Below the pieces are notes generated by a model. The model ran no database searches, was not told the DNA's origin, and was given only the letters and a program-made list of their open reading frames with translations. A stretch of 52,307 nt of DNA, filler included, from Jimgerdemannia flammicorona (taxonomy: Eukaryota): NCBI GenBank assembly GCA_003990765.1. It is 2 parts of 2 records of this genome, joined end to end, with 100 filler letters (N's around TTAATTAATTAA, not from the genome) between each part and the next. Parts side by side here need not be neighbours in the genome. Positions count along the whole stretch, not along the records: positions 26,208 to 52,307 come from RBNJ01000761.1; 1 more part is not named here. One strand, written 5' to 3'. Shown piece after piece: positions 37,101 through 50,099 of this stretch; the first letter of the stretch is position 1, and each line of letters begins with the position of its first letter. A program made the translations under genes and the position numbers.

Positions 37101-37770
37101 TTAAAGTGAATAGCATTGGTGATAAAGTGGCATATACCCTAACCAAGTCTTTGAAGCAGAACACAACCTTGACTGAGCTGATTTTCAGAGGCATGTCAGA
37201 ACTGTGTGAAACATTGTGTGCTGCTGTATGATGGAATGAAGCTCATGATCTATATATTTTCACTTATCCCCTGTTCAATTTTAAAGGGAATGATATTGGT
37301 GGCAAGAGGGTACATGTCCTACTGAGTCTCTGAAGCAGAATATGACCTTGACTGAGCTGAATATTTGAAGTATATCAGAACTGTGTGAAGCATTGTGTGT
37401 AGTTGTATAATGGAATGAAGCTTATGATCTGAGTGTTTTGCTCATCCCCTGTTCATTTTAAAGGAAATAGCATTGGTAACAAGGGGGCATGTGCTCTAGT
37501 CAAGTTTCTGAAGCATAATACGACCTTGGCCAAGCTGAATCTCCTGTATGTCAGAACTGTGTAAAGTATTGTATGTAGAAAGAAGCTTACAATCTATGTA
37601 TTTCACTTATCCCCTGTTTATTTTAAAGATAATAATATTGGTACTGAGAGGGCACATGGCCTAGTTGAGTCTCTGAAGCAGAACATGGCCTTGACCTAAA
37701 TCTCAAATATATGTAAAGGCTGTATGATAGAATGAAGCTCATAATCTATGTTTACTTATCCCAATAGCAG
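34180..37770 (+). repeat. Array of ~20 units (~179 bp), each one 84-nt RI-like/NLRC3-like LRR exon plus one ~95-nt intron
   Basis: For example exon 35779-35862 reads NSIGDKVAHTLTESLKQNTTLIKLILR. Consensus is NxIGxEGAxALAESLKQNTTLTELNL. Donors are GTATRT or GCATGT and acceptors are TTTTAAAG. Confidence 0.93.
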
Positions 37771-39989
37771 TGGCCACTTGACTGAGCTGAATCATAATTC
37801 TGACCTTAAATCAGAGGCCAGTAACTAAGATGGCAGTCCCAAATTAAGTCTGAGATTATTAGTGGCCTATAATTTAAGGCCACTTAATAGATTTGTATGA
37901 TTTAGATATTTTGCTTCATTTCTCAATAACTTATTATTCAAATTTTGTAAAATATAGTATACTGCAATCCCAATATTTATAGATTTTTAATGAGTCTAGG
38001 AACATCAAATCCAGATGATAGGTTGTTGAGAAATAAGGCAAATTGTTTGTAGGCCACTAATAATTATAGCCTTTAATCAGATCTAAATTAAGGCTGAAAT
38101 CATTAGTAACCTATAATTAAGGCTGCATTATAGAAATTTGGATGTTTTCAATCATAACTCTACAGAATATCATTCAGATTTAATATTCTTAAGCTTGTTA
38201 GAACCACATAATCAAGAGTTTTCTAATGGGCCCAAGAATATTAAAATCAGATTACAGGTTGTAGAGTTCACCTAATTCAGCCAGGGTTAGGATTCTATCC
38301 AAAATTAGGTGCTCATAATGAAAATGAAAGGCACTCTAGATAAAAATAGACATGATCATTTTTGGATAGAACTTTGAGCAGCTCTAATCTTCTTATATAG
38401 TATGGCCAGTTTCTTATACATGAAAATCTGGCAATTTGGTAATTTTCTTCTTGGGTCAACTGGGAATTTTCAGGAATTATACTGGCAGTGGACTCTTCTG
38501 GGAATAGCAGATGGTGTAGATTCTTCTGAATCAGGTTCACCAGGAATGGATGAATAACTTGGTGGCAGATAACTCAGATAACTCAGATGATACAGATAAC
38601 TTGGATGACTCAGATATCATGGATAACTCAGTTAACTAGGATGTTGCAGATTCTTTCTGAATTGGCAGAGTTCTGGGAATAATAACTCAGGTGGCATGGA
38701 TTCCTCCTGAATCAGTGGCTTCATTTAACTGGAAATACAGATACCTTGAAAATGGTGGCTTTAATTAGGAAATAACTCAGATGGTGCAGATTCTTCCTGA
38801 ATCAGTGGCTTTGACTGGAAAAGGGTCTCTTGGCAAAATTATGTTGAAGACTGGCTTCATTTGTATGATGGATCACTGCAAAGTTGCATCAGAAACTGGC
38901 TTGAGCAAGGTGGGTTTCTGGGAATGTGGTAAATAACTTGGAAACAGTGGCAAAGTTCTTTCTTGAACTTGGCAGCAAACTTCAGGCTTATCTACCAAGC
39001 AAACCAAAAATGTAACAAACTCTTTGTATCAGAAAGCAGATTGGAGTGGAAAGGAATACTTTGCTCACAATCTCCTAGCAATGGCTGTAGAGTTCCTCTC
39101 AAAGTGTAGTTGGCAGACTTGACTTTTGCTTTGGATTCAATTCTGACTGAGGTTTATTCACTCTTGTCTCTGGGGTAATTTATATAAGTTTGGTTGCTAT
39201 CTAGTTGCTACATTGCTAACTATAGATTGCTAACTATGGTAAGTATTCCTTGAGAGTATCATATATCTTGATGGTGTACCTTGAGGATATAGTGTATCTT
39301 CAGAGTATAGGTAAACATACTGTTTCTGATATCTCTGGCTAAATATATAAGTTGGCACAGTAAAGCAGTCTTGGTTACTTAGTGTACTAGATATAGTATG
39401 TGGCTAATTTATGATTTTGATAGTACAATTCTATTGCTCATCACATCAGCCCCCACTAAAGAATGGTCTGCCCTCAGACAATTCTTTAGTCATCATTCCA
39501 ATATGCATAAGCATCTTCAGCATCAATATCTGAACTAGTATCTTCATTTGGGTCAGAGTCACTCTACTTAATAGGTTCTTCTTCTTCTTCTAGAAACAGG
39601 ATTGACATGGTTGATGATGCTCTAGCAAGTGGCAGAATTCATATTCTGAATGTCATTTAGAGGAAATTGTGCTTGTGTCAAGACTGGGACATTTCATTTG
39701 TAGATTGTGTACAATCTGTCTACAGTAGTAGTATTTTTCCAGATGAGACCAGTGGGGTTTCTGATATAGGTCAGGTCTGCTGCTGGGAGGTTCTGCAACT
39801 GTTCTCCAATTATATAGTAGTCCTGTAGCTGGTGAACTTGTTGTAAATTTCTGGCCAAAGTAAGGTTCTCTTGATGGGTCTGGATTCACTAACGGGGGTT
39901 TCCATTGGCTTGTTGAAATTGTAGAAGAGAAACCAAGAGTGATTGGAATGAACTCAGAACAAGGGTCTGAAGGCACTGATCAATTGTCT

Positions 39990-40670
39990 GGTTCATGATG
40001 AGAGAGGTATATCTTGAGGCAGTTGATGTGTACTAGTATCCTGAGGGTTCATCCATCCCTGCTTCTTAAATAGATACTGGTTCCTCTGATATTGTATACA
40101 AGATAAGGTCCTTCTTATTTGGGCTCTAATTTTGCAGCAAAATTCTTTCAATCATGCTTCTCCAAACTAGTACTTGATCTCCAATCTTGATCTCCTGATT
40201 CTTCTATTTTTGGTTATAATACTTCTTTTGTCTTTCTTGGGCTTTGATAATCTGATATCAGGCTTGATTATGTAACTGTTTTGCCTTCTTGAGGAGGTCT
40301 CTGAGGTTCTCATGGTCAGCAGTTCTGGTTTTCTTGACAAACATCATTTTGAATGACTTTTGTTTGGTAGAGGCAGTAGGGGTATTCTGAATCTCCCATA
40401 GGATCTCAGATAAGCAGAGATCCCAATTAGTAGGATTGACTTGGGCAAGTCCTTTCTTTATGATCTGATTCATTCTTTCTGTTATGCCATTGGTCTGAAA
40501 GTGGTATAATGTGGTCTGTTTGAGGTAGATCTTGTAAATTTGGGCATAACTTGTGATTATATTATTGATAAATTCTGTACCTTAGTCAGAGATGAGTTCT
40601 TCTGGGAGTCCATATCTGAGTGTGATTCTATGGAGAAGATCTATGATAGTTAAGGCATCTGCAATTTCTA
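39990..40670 (-). pseudogene. Ty3/Gypsy integrase (rve core and GPY/F motif)
   Basis: Motifs RYGLPEELISD*GTEFIN, YHFQTNGITERMNQIIK, NWDLCL and LEPK*EGPYLV..VHINCLK. Confidence 0.9.
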
Positions 40671-40748
40671 TTTTTTTTTTTTTTTTATAGTCACTTGGAC
40701 TCTGCCTTTATTACCAGTCTATGAATAAATATACATCATTCCGACCCA

Positions 40749-43700
40749 CTATCCAATCCCCACTGGGGGGGCCCTCCCTACTTCCTCATGAACGAAAATC
40801 ACCCTTTCACCAACTACCCCCACTCTCCCCCCACTTTGCCCACAGATTTTCTCTACCAAGCAGTGCCTCCGACCACCCCACATCCCCCAACCCAGCCACC
40901 AGCCCGTTAAGGTATCTTCCATAAGCCTATGCCATCGCAGCAGCCGGTCCCCCAAGCTCTGCCTCCACCCATCCTCAAAAACAAATAGCCAATGACTGGC
41001 CAACCTCACCCAAATTGCCAACGCCCAACCCAGAGTAAGCCACTCCTTCCCTATCCCCCCTACCAATCTAACCCTCAAGTCCTCCCATTGTCCCTGTGCT
41101 TCATCACTCCTACCCCATACCCCTAAGCGATCCCCAATTGTCTGCCAAAAATCCCCCAACACCTCACACTCTCCTAGCCAATGTTCCAGCGTCTGTATAT
41201 AACCCCCCTCCTGCCCTACATTATAGCACTCCTCACAGTCGAAGCAACCCCCTACAACCAGGTGCCCTGAGCGAAAATTGAGCATAACATTCCTCCACAG
41301 CATGCGCCACCAGACCACCCAGTACTTTGGTGGCAGCTATACTCTCGCTGCAGCACTCTAGGTCCAAACACTATGCCAGTTCCACTTCTCACCAATTCCA
41401 ACTCCTTGCCAACCGCTAGGCCACAGATCCTGGCCTGGTCCCCTTTGGCATTCCATTCCATCACCAATGTCAAACTCAACTAAGGGAGCACCCCCCAGCA
41501 GTATACGGTCGCATCTTCACATCGCTGGGTCCCAATCCTCCTCACCTTCATTTCCCTGCCAATGAATGCCAATGCAGTGTGCTCCTTCGGCAATTCCCCA
41601 CCAAAATCCTTTATATTGTAGTTGGGCAGTGTTCGGAAGCCCAACCAAGGAGAGGAGATCACCAGTTGAGCCCCTTGGCGATGCCTGTCTCTCCCATATC
41701 TTCTGTAACAGAGGAACCCATCCACCTCCTCTCAACTCCACCACCCTCTTCAGCCACCATGCTCTCAAGCAGTGTAACCATTTTGGGAAGTCAATCAGCC
41801 CAAGACCGCCTCTTGACACTGGTAGGGACAAGGTCTCCCAACTAATCTGACTCTACCTGCCAGCCCAAATCCATCCCTTCCCCGACTTCAACAATCTCTT
41901 CACTACCCAGGCTGGGAAGTCCAGATGATATGCTAGGTACCACAACTTTGGCAGCCAGTAGACATTCAAAATTGAGACCCGCCCTGCCAGAGAAAAATGT
42001 CTTCCCCCCCAACTCCGCAGAGCCTCCTCCCAGATTCCAATCCTCTGCTCCCACCAAAGCTTGGGCAAAACTGACCCATAGACTGACAAGTAGATACCTA
42101 AGTACTGCACTGCTTCACTGGTGGGGACAATTGTTCCTATAACCTCCCCTCCCACCAGGCCATTACCTAGCACCATCGTCTCACACTTATGCCAATTCAG
42201 CTTAGCTCCAGAATGTTCCTCATACCACTCCATGGTCCTCTTGAGCTCCTCAACATCCGCAATTGAACCCAAGCCCACCACCATGTCATCAGCAAATGCC
42301 CCAACCTTCCATCCTATGTCAAAGACAGAGAGCCCCACTATCCTCTGCCTAATCCGGTCCATAAGTGGTTCCAGGGAAAGAGCATACAAAATGGGGGACA
42401 ATGGATCCCCCTGGGGTACTCCCCTTCCCAAGGGGAACGCTACCCCTCTATGTCCATTATACATGAGCGCAGCCCTACTCCCTTCCAGTAGGCTGACCAT
42501 TGTTGACCGGAATTGATGCGGTACCCCCATTCTATCCAAAACTTTCTCCAGCCAGACTCTCTGCACCCGGTCGTAAGCCTTCTCCTGGTCCAAGAAAACT
42601 AGACACCCATCTAGTCCACATGCCCTCACCCCTTTGATGATGCCATGCACCCAGGCAGTGCCATCCCTGATGAGCCGACCACCCACAAATCCCCTCTGCT
42701 CAACACCCACGACTTGCTGGGCCACCTTCTGTAGTCTCGCCACCACCACCTTAGTTACCAACTTTCTGTCCATATCTAGCAGCATTATCGGCTGCCAGTT
42801 CCTCCAATCCTCCCGCCTTCCTTTGTTTTTGTAGAGCAGCATCACCAGCCCAAGGTCCTGTTCCCCCACCCATCTACCTGTCCATAGAATAAGGTCACAC
42901 ATCGCTGTCATCTCTCCCATCACCCCTGGGACTTCAACCATTCACTTCCAAAAGTCCCAGGGCAGCCCATCCTCCCCAGGTGCTGTACCCGACGTTGTTG
43001 CGGCAAGAACCTGGTGGATCTCATCCTTCTTTACAGGCATCACCAGGTCCCCTAGCCCTTCAACTTGTGGTGGGTGCCAATCCTCCAATGTTCATTCAAT
43101 TGAAGCTGCATCCACCCCACCTTCCTCCTCACTCCACAATCCACCCCATCTCTCCTTCAGCGATCCAAGAATGTCCTGTACACCATGCACCAGTACACCA
43201 TCAGGGTCCAATACCCCTTCCCACTGTTGCTGGCCCCGCCTTGCCCGAAGGGCTCTTATAAGAAGCTTGGAAGGCCTCTCCCCTTCCTCCAGATCCTGCC
43301 AACAAAGCCGTGCTGCTAAGCTCTGTACCCTTGCCTCTTCCTCCTCCCACAGCACCTGTTGAAGTTCCCCAACCTCCATTTTTGCCCTTATTAATCTCCA
43401 ATCTCCTTCGCCCTCCAACATCATCAGCCTTGCCCACTCCTCCAGGAGCCTTGTCAATCTAGCAGAGGCCCAGCACACTCTTCATTTTCACTGCTTCCCT
43501 GCCTCCTTGCCAGCCTCCTTCCAGTAAATCCTGGCCATTTCCTTCATCCTCATCCACCGAGTCCCAACTGTGGCCCCTTTCTGCCTCCAGTTCTCTACCT
43601 GCAGCTGAATGTCTTTAGCCCACTCATCCCACTGGTTCTTGTCATCTAACAAAGAGGAATTGAGGCGCCAATGTCCAGGCCCATCCCCACTTCCCCCAAA

Positions 43701-44405
43701 GCACCCCTGTCCCAAAAGCCCCCAGTGATCCGACCATGGACACCATTCCACCTCCAATGATTTCCAAACATCTAGTCCCCAGCAGCAGGCTGTCAAAATC
43801 CAATCGATTCTAGTCCCCAGACCCGCTGCCCAATGGGTATAGACCCTCCTACTCCCCCAGCACTCCCGTCCAGCATCCAATAGTGTACTCAGCCACTCCA
43901 CTTCCTCCCATGCCACCAGCCCTCCACTCCTGCTCTCAGCATCTCGGCCTCCATCTGATCTATCCAGCATTATATCCCAAACCATATTGAAATCTCCCCC
44001 TAGCACATCCACCCCAGCCTCCGCAAGTAATCCACTCTCCTGTAAGCCTTTCACCCAATTGACTCTATCACTCTGTACTGCAGGGCAGTAGCAGGAACCA
44101 ACCGTAATTGGCTCCCAGCCCACCCGAATCCACTCTCCCCAGACCAGTCTCTCCCCCCAGCACTGTACATTCTGTATCTCCCCTCAGCCTTTCCTAACTA
44201 AAATCCCAACCTTGTCCTTCCAAATCACCACACCTCCCCATTCCTTCGTCCATTCTAACCTATTAGAGTCATCTTCACACTAGACATCCTGCAAGAGGAA
44301 GAGATTGGCCTCCAATCCCTTCATCCAAGTAAAAATGTTCCTACATCAAGAAGCACCCCGTAACCCATTCACGTTCAAAGAGAAAATGTTGGTTGTACTG
44401 TTCAT
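40749..44405 (-). pseudogene. LINE ORF2: APE endonuclease, reverse transcriptase and C-terminal Cys/His region
   Basis: Motifs MNSTTNIFSLNVNGLRG, GGDFN, TRIDWI, WSDHW, PGEDGLP, LDQEKAYDRV, GVPQGDPLSP, FADD, YLGI, GGLGL and CFDC..TLEHWLGEC. Several C>T stops and frameshifts. Confidence 0.95.
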
Positions 44406-44438
44406 ATTGATGATATATGTGATGTTGTCAATCTACCT

Positions 44439-46592
44439 CTACTGCTCCATGCTCATCTCCTCCTGCGCCCTGTCCAAATTATGTTCCGCAGCCACTTCCT
44501 CCTCTTCAGCCCTCTGAGCCTCCAATCCAGCCAGCAGTTCATTCATCTCGCCATCAGCCTTCTCCTCAAACTCCTCTCAGTATTCGATGCATGCTTCCTG
44601 CCAGAGCTGTAGTCTATGTCACTTGTTCCAGCAGTATTCAGCCCTTTCTCCAGCAACAACTGCCATCTCCTCCTCCCTCTCCTTATCCACCTCATATCCT
44701 TCCTCCTCCAGGTACACTGCAAGAATTTCCGCCTTCAATGCCTTCACCATGCCATCCCCCTGCAGTATTCCTGCCCAATGCTCATCACTCATCACTTGTA
44801 AGTCCACTTCCCCCAACTCCTCTGCCACCAGGTTATTCATCATCTGGCATATCCAAAGCAAGTTCCCCACCTCTTTCCCCCCTGGAGTCGCCGGCCTCCC
44901 TCCATCCAACATTGTGGTGTCAGCTCCAGTACTTGCAGACTCATCCCATACTTCTGGGACATCCACTAGTTCCTCCTTGCCATCTGCCTCCACCTGTCCC
45001 CCATATGCCACCTCCGGAACTCCGAATTGCACCCTCTGGGCCCCTCGCATTGGCACATCTTCCACCACCCTATTCCAGGAAGCTGGGCCACGCCTGATGA
45101 GAGGGGTAGGGGTAGGGGAGCCCACCCAGTCCTCCTCCCACACCTCCAGTGTACCATCCGCATACAGGTCCTTCTCAGCCTTCTTCTTGTCCTCCCCCGC
45201 CTCCTTTTTGTCCTTCCCCTCCCCCTTGCCGGCCCAGACACTCACTCCAGCTCCCCCTGTGCCCTTCACCTTTCTCACCTCCCCCAGTGGTCCACTATCC
45301 AGTTTGGCCAGCAACTCCTTCTGCCTCTTATGCCCCTGAGCTCTTTCCCACTGCTCCTTGGTCACTCGAATCCACTTTCCATCCACCACCTCCAAGTGTG
45401 TCACCTCTTCAAAAGCCTCCCAAGCCTTCACTCGCCTCTCAACAGCACCCCCCAGCTCTTCGAGTGCTTCCAGTAAATCCTCCTCCTCCTCCTCACTCCC
45501 CTTCACCCTTGTCACCTTACACAGGATCGCTCCCCAGACCATCGCCAAAGGCCAATCCCTTGTCTTCCCAGTGGCTTCCTTCCCAGCCAGCCGAATCCTC
45601 ACATCCACGTCACCAGTCCTGAGCGAGGTCCCTTCCCAGACCCTGAACCTGATATCTACCACCTCGCCATATTCTGCCATAAAATCCTCAACTCTCTTCC
45701 TCATCTCCATTGCTGTCACCATCGGCACTCCCTTCACCAGCAGTTGGACCACCCTGGGGTCCCACTTCAGGCACTGTGCCATTGGAACACATACCTCTCC
45801 AACCACCAATCCAACCTTCAGCACCTCCTCCAATGGTACCACCTCCTCAAAACCCACCTCCACTCCTTCCAGTCCCTTCAAAAACTTCACGGACGCTGCA
45901 CCTGCCACCTGCTTAGCAATGAGCCCCAGCACCATTTTTGCCGTCACTGTCAGGCCCCAGAAGCATAGTGTGACTGCGAATGTCGAAATCGATTTCTTGA
46001 GTAATGGGGCCACCGCCAGACCCGTTACACCATCTGCCAAGTCCCCTTGTCATCTAAGCCTCATCCACTCAGCCTCACCATCAGCCATCACATCTGGATT
46101 TTTTTCCAGATCGACAGTCTCCACACCATCAGCAGTCACACCCCCCCCAGCCACTACTCCTGCAGCTCCACCGCCCCCCCTTCCAAGGGCCGCACCCCCT
46201 GGCACCATCTCCTTCTCAGTCCCCTTGCCCTTCTTCAGCCAGCCCTCCAGTCCCAACGCCTGCTGCCTCCCCTTCACCATCTCTGCGAAGCTTGCCCTCC
46301 CAGATCCTGATCCTCCACCACCTCCTCTACCTCTTCCATGTCCACCCACCAGCAGGCCCCTCATACCTCCCCCCAGGCCTGGCCCCCTCCCCACCTGCTA
46401 CCAGTCGAAAGTGCTAGGGCTGCCCTGCCCAGTACATACCTCAGGTTGTCTGTCAGTTGCCATGTTGTTAGTCTCTTTTGCTGAAAACATTGTCGAAAGT
46501 GCCTTCCAAAGGTTGTGTAACCTGAATGGTACTGGAAAGAGACCGTGTTGGAGGAGTACCTCTTGCAGCCAGTCTCTGATATCCTCTAGCAT
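44439..46592 (-). pseudogene. LINE ORF1 (RGG/Gly-rich N-terminus, RRM-like domain, acidic coiled coil)
   Basis: ORFs 46398-46592, 46050-46394 and 44619-46040 lie in one frame separated by single stops. VQLLVKGVP..FMAEYGEVVDI..LRTGDVDVRIRL is RRM-like. Confidence 0.8.
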
Positions 46593-47032
46593 CCTCTTAT
46601 ATCCCTCATCATCTCTCAGTATCTTTTGTCAGTTATTTTTTTTTTTTTCATTCTGATAATCCCCCTCTTCATACTTACTACCACTAGATTCTTCCAGTAT
46701 ATTATTGTAAAATAGAAGCTGATTTTATCTCTACTGATTTTGACCCAAGTAAATTGCTGACTACTTTGAAGCAGAAGTTGAAGGCTGCCTTGGTGATTCT
46801 CTTAACCCTTCCATCTGGTGGAGTTGGTCCTGAGTTGTATTTTGGAAAAGGTTTTGAGCTTACTAGCTTATATGATCAATATAGAGTAAGAAATTGATAT
46901 ACTTTAAGAGACATTTAGAAGCCCCTACTATAAGGGATTATCTGAGCTATGGCATTTTCATTTTTCGAGAGCCCTCCTCTAATGGATCAGAAAATATATA
47001 ATTGAATTTTTCAATATCTTTCCACTATTCAA

Positions 47033-47142
<110 letters not shown>

Positions 47143-48816
47143 GAAGAGAGTGTGGGTGCTCATCTAATCTGGATTATTTACAAGGTTATTTCGCTTTTTA
47201 TTTTAATTTTTAGAAAGTGAAGAAGGATCAATATAAAGTATAGTTAGTAGATTTTTTGGATCAATAATAACAATACTAGATAGATTAGCAAAATCTCAAG
47301 ACTAAATTTATTCAGACTCAGTTTCATATTTCAAGTCTGCAGAATTTCAAAATACTAAGAATTCTGAGGCTTGATCTTCTAGAAGGCTAGATAATAATAC
47401 TTTATATGTATATAAAATTTAAAAGAAGTAGAATAGTAATATTCTTTCAAGTCTTCAGAAAAAGGGTGTCAAAATTAGATTCAAACTATAACTTTTTAGA
47501 GTCCTCCACTTTGTCAGCTGGTATTCTGAATTTACATCACAATTATATTATCTTGGATACTAATATAGAGAAAGTTGTTCTCATTATTTAGAGGAGAATA
47601 TTGGGAGATCAAGTAAGCTAGATTTTGATAGATATTTATAAGGAGACATTCAAAATTCAGAAAGCTGGATTGTGTGGTAAAGCTCGAGCTAGAACTGAAT
47701 CTTATATATTAGTTGACTATACTTTGACCTATATTGGAGAGATATGTATATTACTATATTATATCTCTTAATAATTTTTAACCAAAAATTGGATAAGATA
47801 AATAGGAGAAATATAAAATAGCTATTATGGAGATAGCTTTACTTCTTTTTAACACTTCTTGCCAAATGTGGTAACAAATTCCCCTACTTTATCCAATTTT
47901 TGACCAATTTAATATTCTTTATTATTTATCTCCTAAGAAAATTTCAGGAGGTATTCTAATATCCTCAGTATCCTTGGTATTCTTGGCATCTCCAGTATCT
48001 TCAGCATTCCCAGCATCCCCAGCATCTCCAGCATTTCTGGCATCTTTGACATTCTGGGTATCTCTGATATTTTCAACTTTGGTATCCTTGGTATCCTTGA
48101 CATTTCTGACTTTGTCAGCTTTGAAATTATCTAGAATAGATAGAGGTCAGATAAATCTGGGTCAATCTAGAATACATTTTAGACTTGGAGGATTTCAGTT
48201 TGAGTAAAATATAGTAAAAGTTAGCAACATATTTTTTGGCCAATGTATAAGCTCTCCTACTTATACTAATTAAGATATGATATCTGTTTTACTCTATATC
48301 ATCAAATATAAAGAACAGTATATGTACCTCAAAATCTGGAGGCTTATTCTATAATTTGGCTTATAGTATTGGAGTTCTACTGAAGTCTAATATGATGATA
48401 GTATTTCACTCAAATTAATCACATAGTTCAACAGTTTATCTCTAAGTATTTGTTACAGAATCTTGAAAGCTATACACTACTATAATAATTTTTTTAGAAA
48501 CTTAGAGAAGCAAAAAAGTCTGGAGATATTTTATATATTTGGTAACTGATTTTTATATTATATCTTAGTTGTCAAATATTTGGTCCTTTTTTCAGGTTTT
48601 TTTTCTCCAAAGAATTACTCTTTTTGGTAGATTTGTTAATTTATACTAGCTGACTTCTAATTCAGTTTAGTTTGTCATCTGAAGAATTTTCTGAGATTCT
48701 GGCTTCTGAGGTGAATTTGAGCTGGTTTGATTGAGTTTAATCTGACCTGAACTTATTATATACTGAATTCAAATTTGAATTGATTCAATTTAAATTCATC
48801 ATATGATAAATTTGAA

Positions 48817-50005
48817 TCAGCTCCTTTCTCTGCTACCTTACCAGTCATAAGATTTGGTAAATAATCTTCTGAGTCCCCTTTTCTCTATTATTATCTCCTC
48901 TACCTTAGGTTGGTTTGCTGTGCCTGCAGGGACATAGTAGGAGGAGGGCAGTGGTGATGAGTTGCCCCTTTATCGATGTCAGATCAGTGCTTCCTCTACT
49001 TTTTCATGGTTTCTGGTGCCTTCAGCTGCATCTGGGGTATACTCGTTTTGGTGCGATGCCTTCTTCCTTTTGCTGTCACCAACAAGGAGTTGTCTTAGTA
49101 TATCTTGGGCTATATAGGGAGTTGGCTGACCTTGGGCATCAAGTGCTCAGTGTAGATTACCTGTAGGTCCTCAGTGTCTGTGGTGGAGCCCTCTGGCTTT
49201 GGTGAGCTTCCCGGTGAGCATAGTTCTGACATAGGTGACTGTTTTTCAGATATTGTCAGGATGGGAGGGGAGATAGCTGCTATAGATAAGAGAAAGGGTG
49301 ATAATAGTGAACCAGTAGGGTGCCAGACTGGGGGCAGTTGTCAGGGCTGGGGCAGGTGCTGCTTCAGTGGGGCCTTTTGATTGATGTGGCATAGTTAGGT
49401 GGTAGGTGTCACTCTTGGCTTCTTTTGGCAGTTAGCAGAGTTGGGCCCCAGTCATCAGAGGAAGTCAGGGGGCCTGAGGCTACTCATTTCAGACATCTTG
49501 GCTACACTAAACTAGAACTGAGAGCTGATATGACAATGTGATCAAGGCCTACAGACTTGAGTAGTGGAGTATTGGGGGTTTTCTCTCACCTTATATATAA
49601 GTCCTTTACTCACCTTGACTCGGAGAACCAGGCCCTACCCACTATGTTGTACTTTGATAAGGGTTTTTCTTTGCCTATCATTCTCTTTGGGGTGGTAGGG
49701 GCTTTTCTATTCGGCTTGGGCATGGCCTTGTTCATATGTTGGGTTCTCAGGTATATGCTTTTGGTCATTGGCATATGGTTGGGTTTCTCCTGGTAGTAGG
49801 GAGAGCATGGTGCACAGAATGAGGTGTAGGCCTACATTGGCCTTGCTGCACCTGGCATAGTCAAGCTGCTGGACAATAGCTAGCCTAGGTTAATGGGGGA
49901 ACAGTGCTTAGTGAGTAGTGGAGGAGAGTTTTAGCCTATATAGTCTAGGTTTCCTTCCAATAAAAATCTGCGGGACATGAGTCCGTTAAAAAAAAAAAAA
50001 AAAAA
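48817..50005 (+). mobile_element. Non-autonomous poly(A) retroposon copy 3 (least mutated), inserted in a hAT-type terminus ending CAGAGTACTA at ~50090
   Basis: TSD (A)TGATAAATTTGAA at 48803-48816 and 50005-50018. Ends with AATAAA, a short hairpin and poly(A). Confidence 0.92.
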
Positions 50006-50099
50006 TGATAAATTTGAACTGGCTTGAATCAGACATATGGTTGGCAAATTCAAATCAGGTTCAAATTTCTCTAACTTAATCAGAGTACTAGTTACAGTA

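Larger units (their letters stand above)
28112..38385. mobile_element. Full-length PIF/Harbinger-superfamily transposon (10.3 kb) with ~1.2-kb TIRs
   Basis: Termini AGAGCCACTCAAAGTT / AACTTTGAGCAGCTCT with a 3-bp AAT duplication (28109-28111, 38386-38388). The 28112-29330 arm is the inverted match of ~37200-38385. Divergent DDE and Myb/SANT genes lie inside. Confidence 0.9.
27879..40670 (-). mobile_element. 3' part of a related Ty3/Gypsy element: 3' LTR (27879-28111 plus 38389-39445, split by Harbinger), PPT and integrase
   Basis: The LTR is homologous to 26371-27791 with TG...CA ends. A purine tract (rc AGTGGGGGCTGA) abuts 39445. The integrase is cut by the LINE poly(T) at 40671. Confidence 0.85.
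40671..46900 (-). mobile_element. Near full-length Tx1/L1-like LINE (5' boundary uncertain)
   Basis: Poly(T) at 40671-40686 with AATAAA just upstream on the minus strand, and ORF1 plus ORF2 organisation. No TSD found. Confidence 0.9.

Noticed and set aside
34180..37770. CRISPR-like repeat-spacer array
   Set aside because: The entire 179-bp unit is repeated with no unique spacers. It translates as LRR exons with splice sites, and there are no cas genes.
28111..38386. Calling the 10-kb element a hAT because it could start with TAG
   Set aside because: There is no 8-bp TSD. A 3-bp AAT duplication and the DDE_Tnp_4 plus Myb gene pair indicate PIF/Harbinger.
45358..46656. 432-aa Ser/Thr/Pro-rich plus-strand ORF and other plus-strand ORFs at 40.7-46.3 kb
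   Set aside because: These are antisense shadows of the G-rich LINE ORF1 and ORF2.
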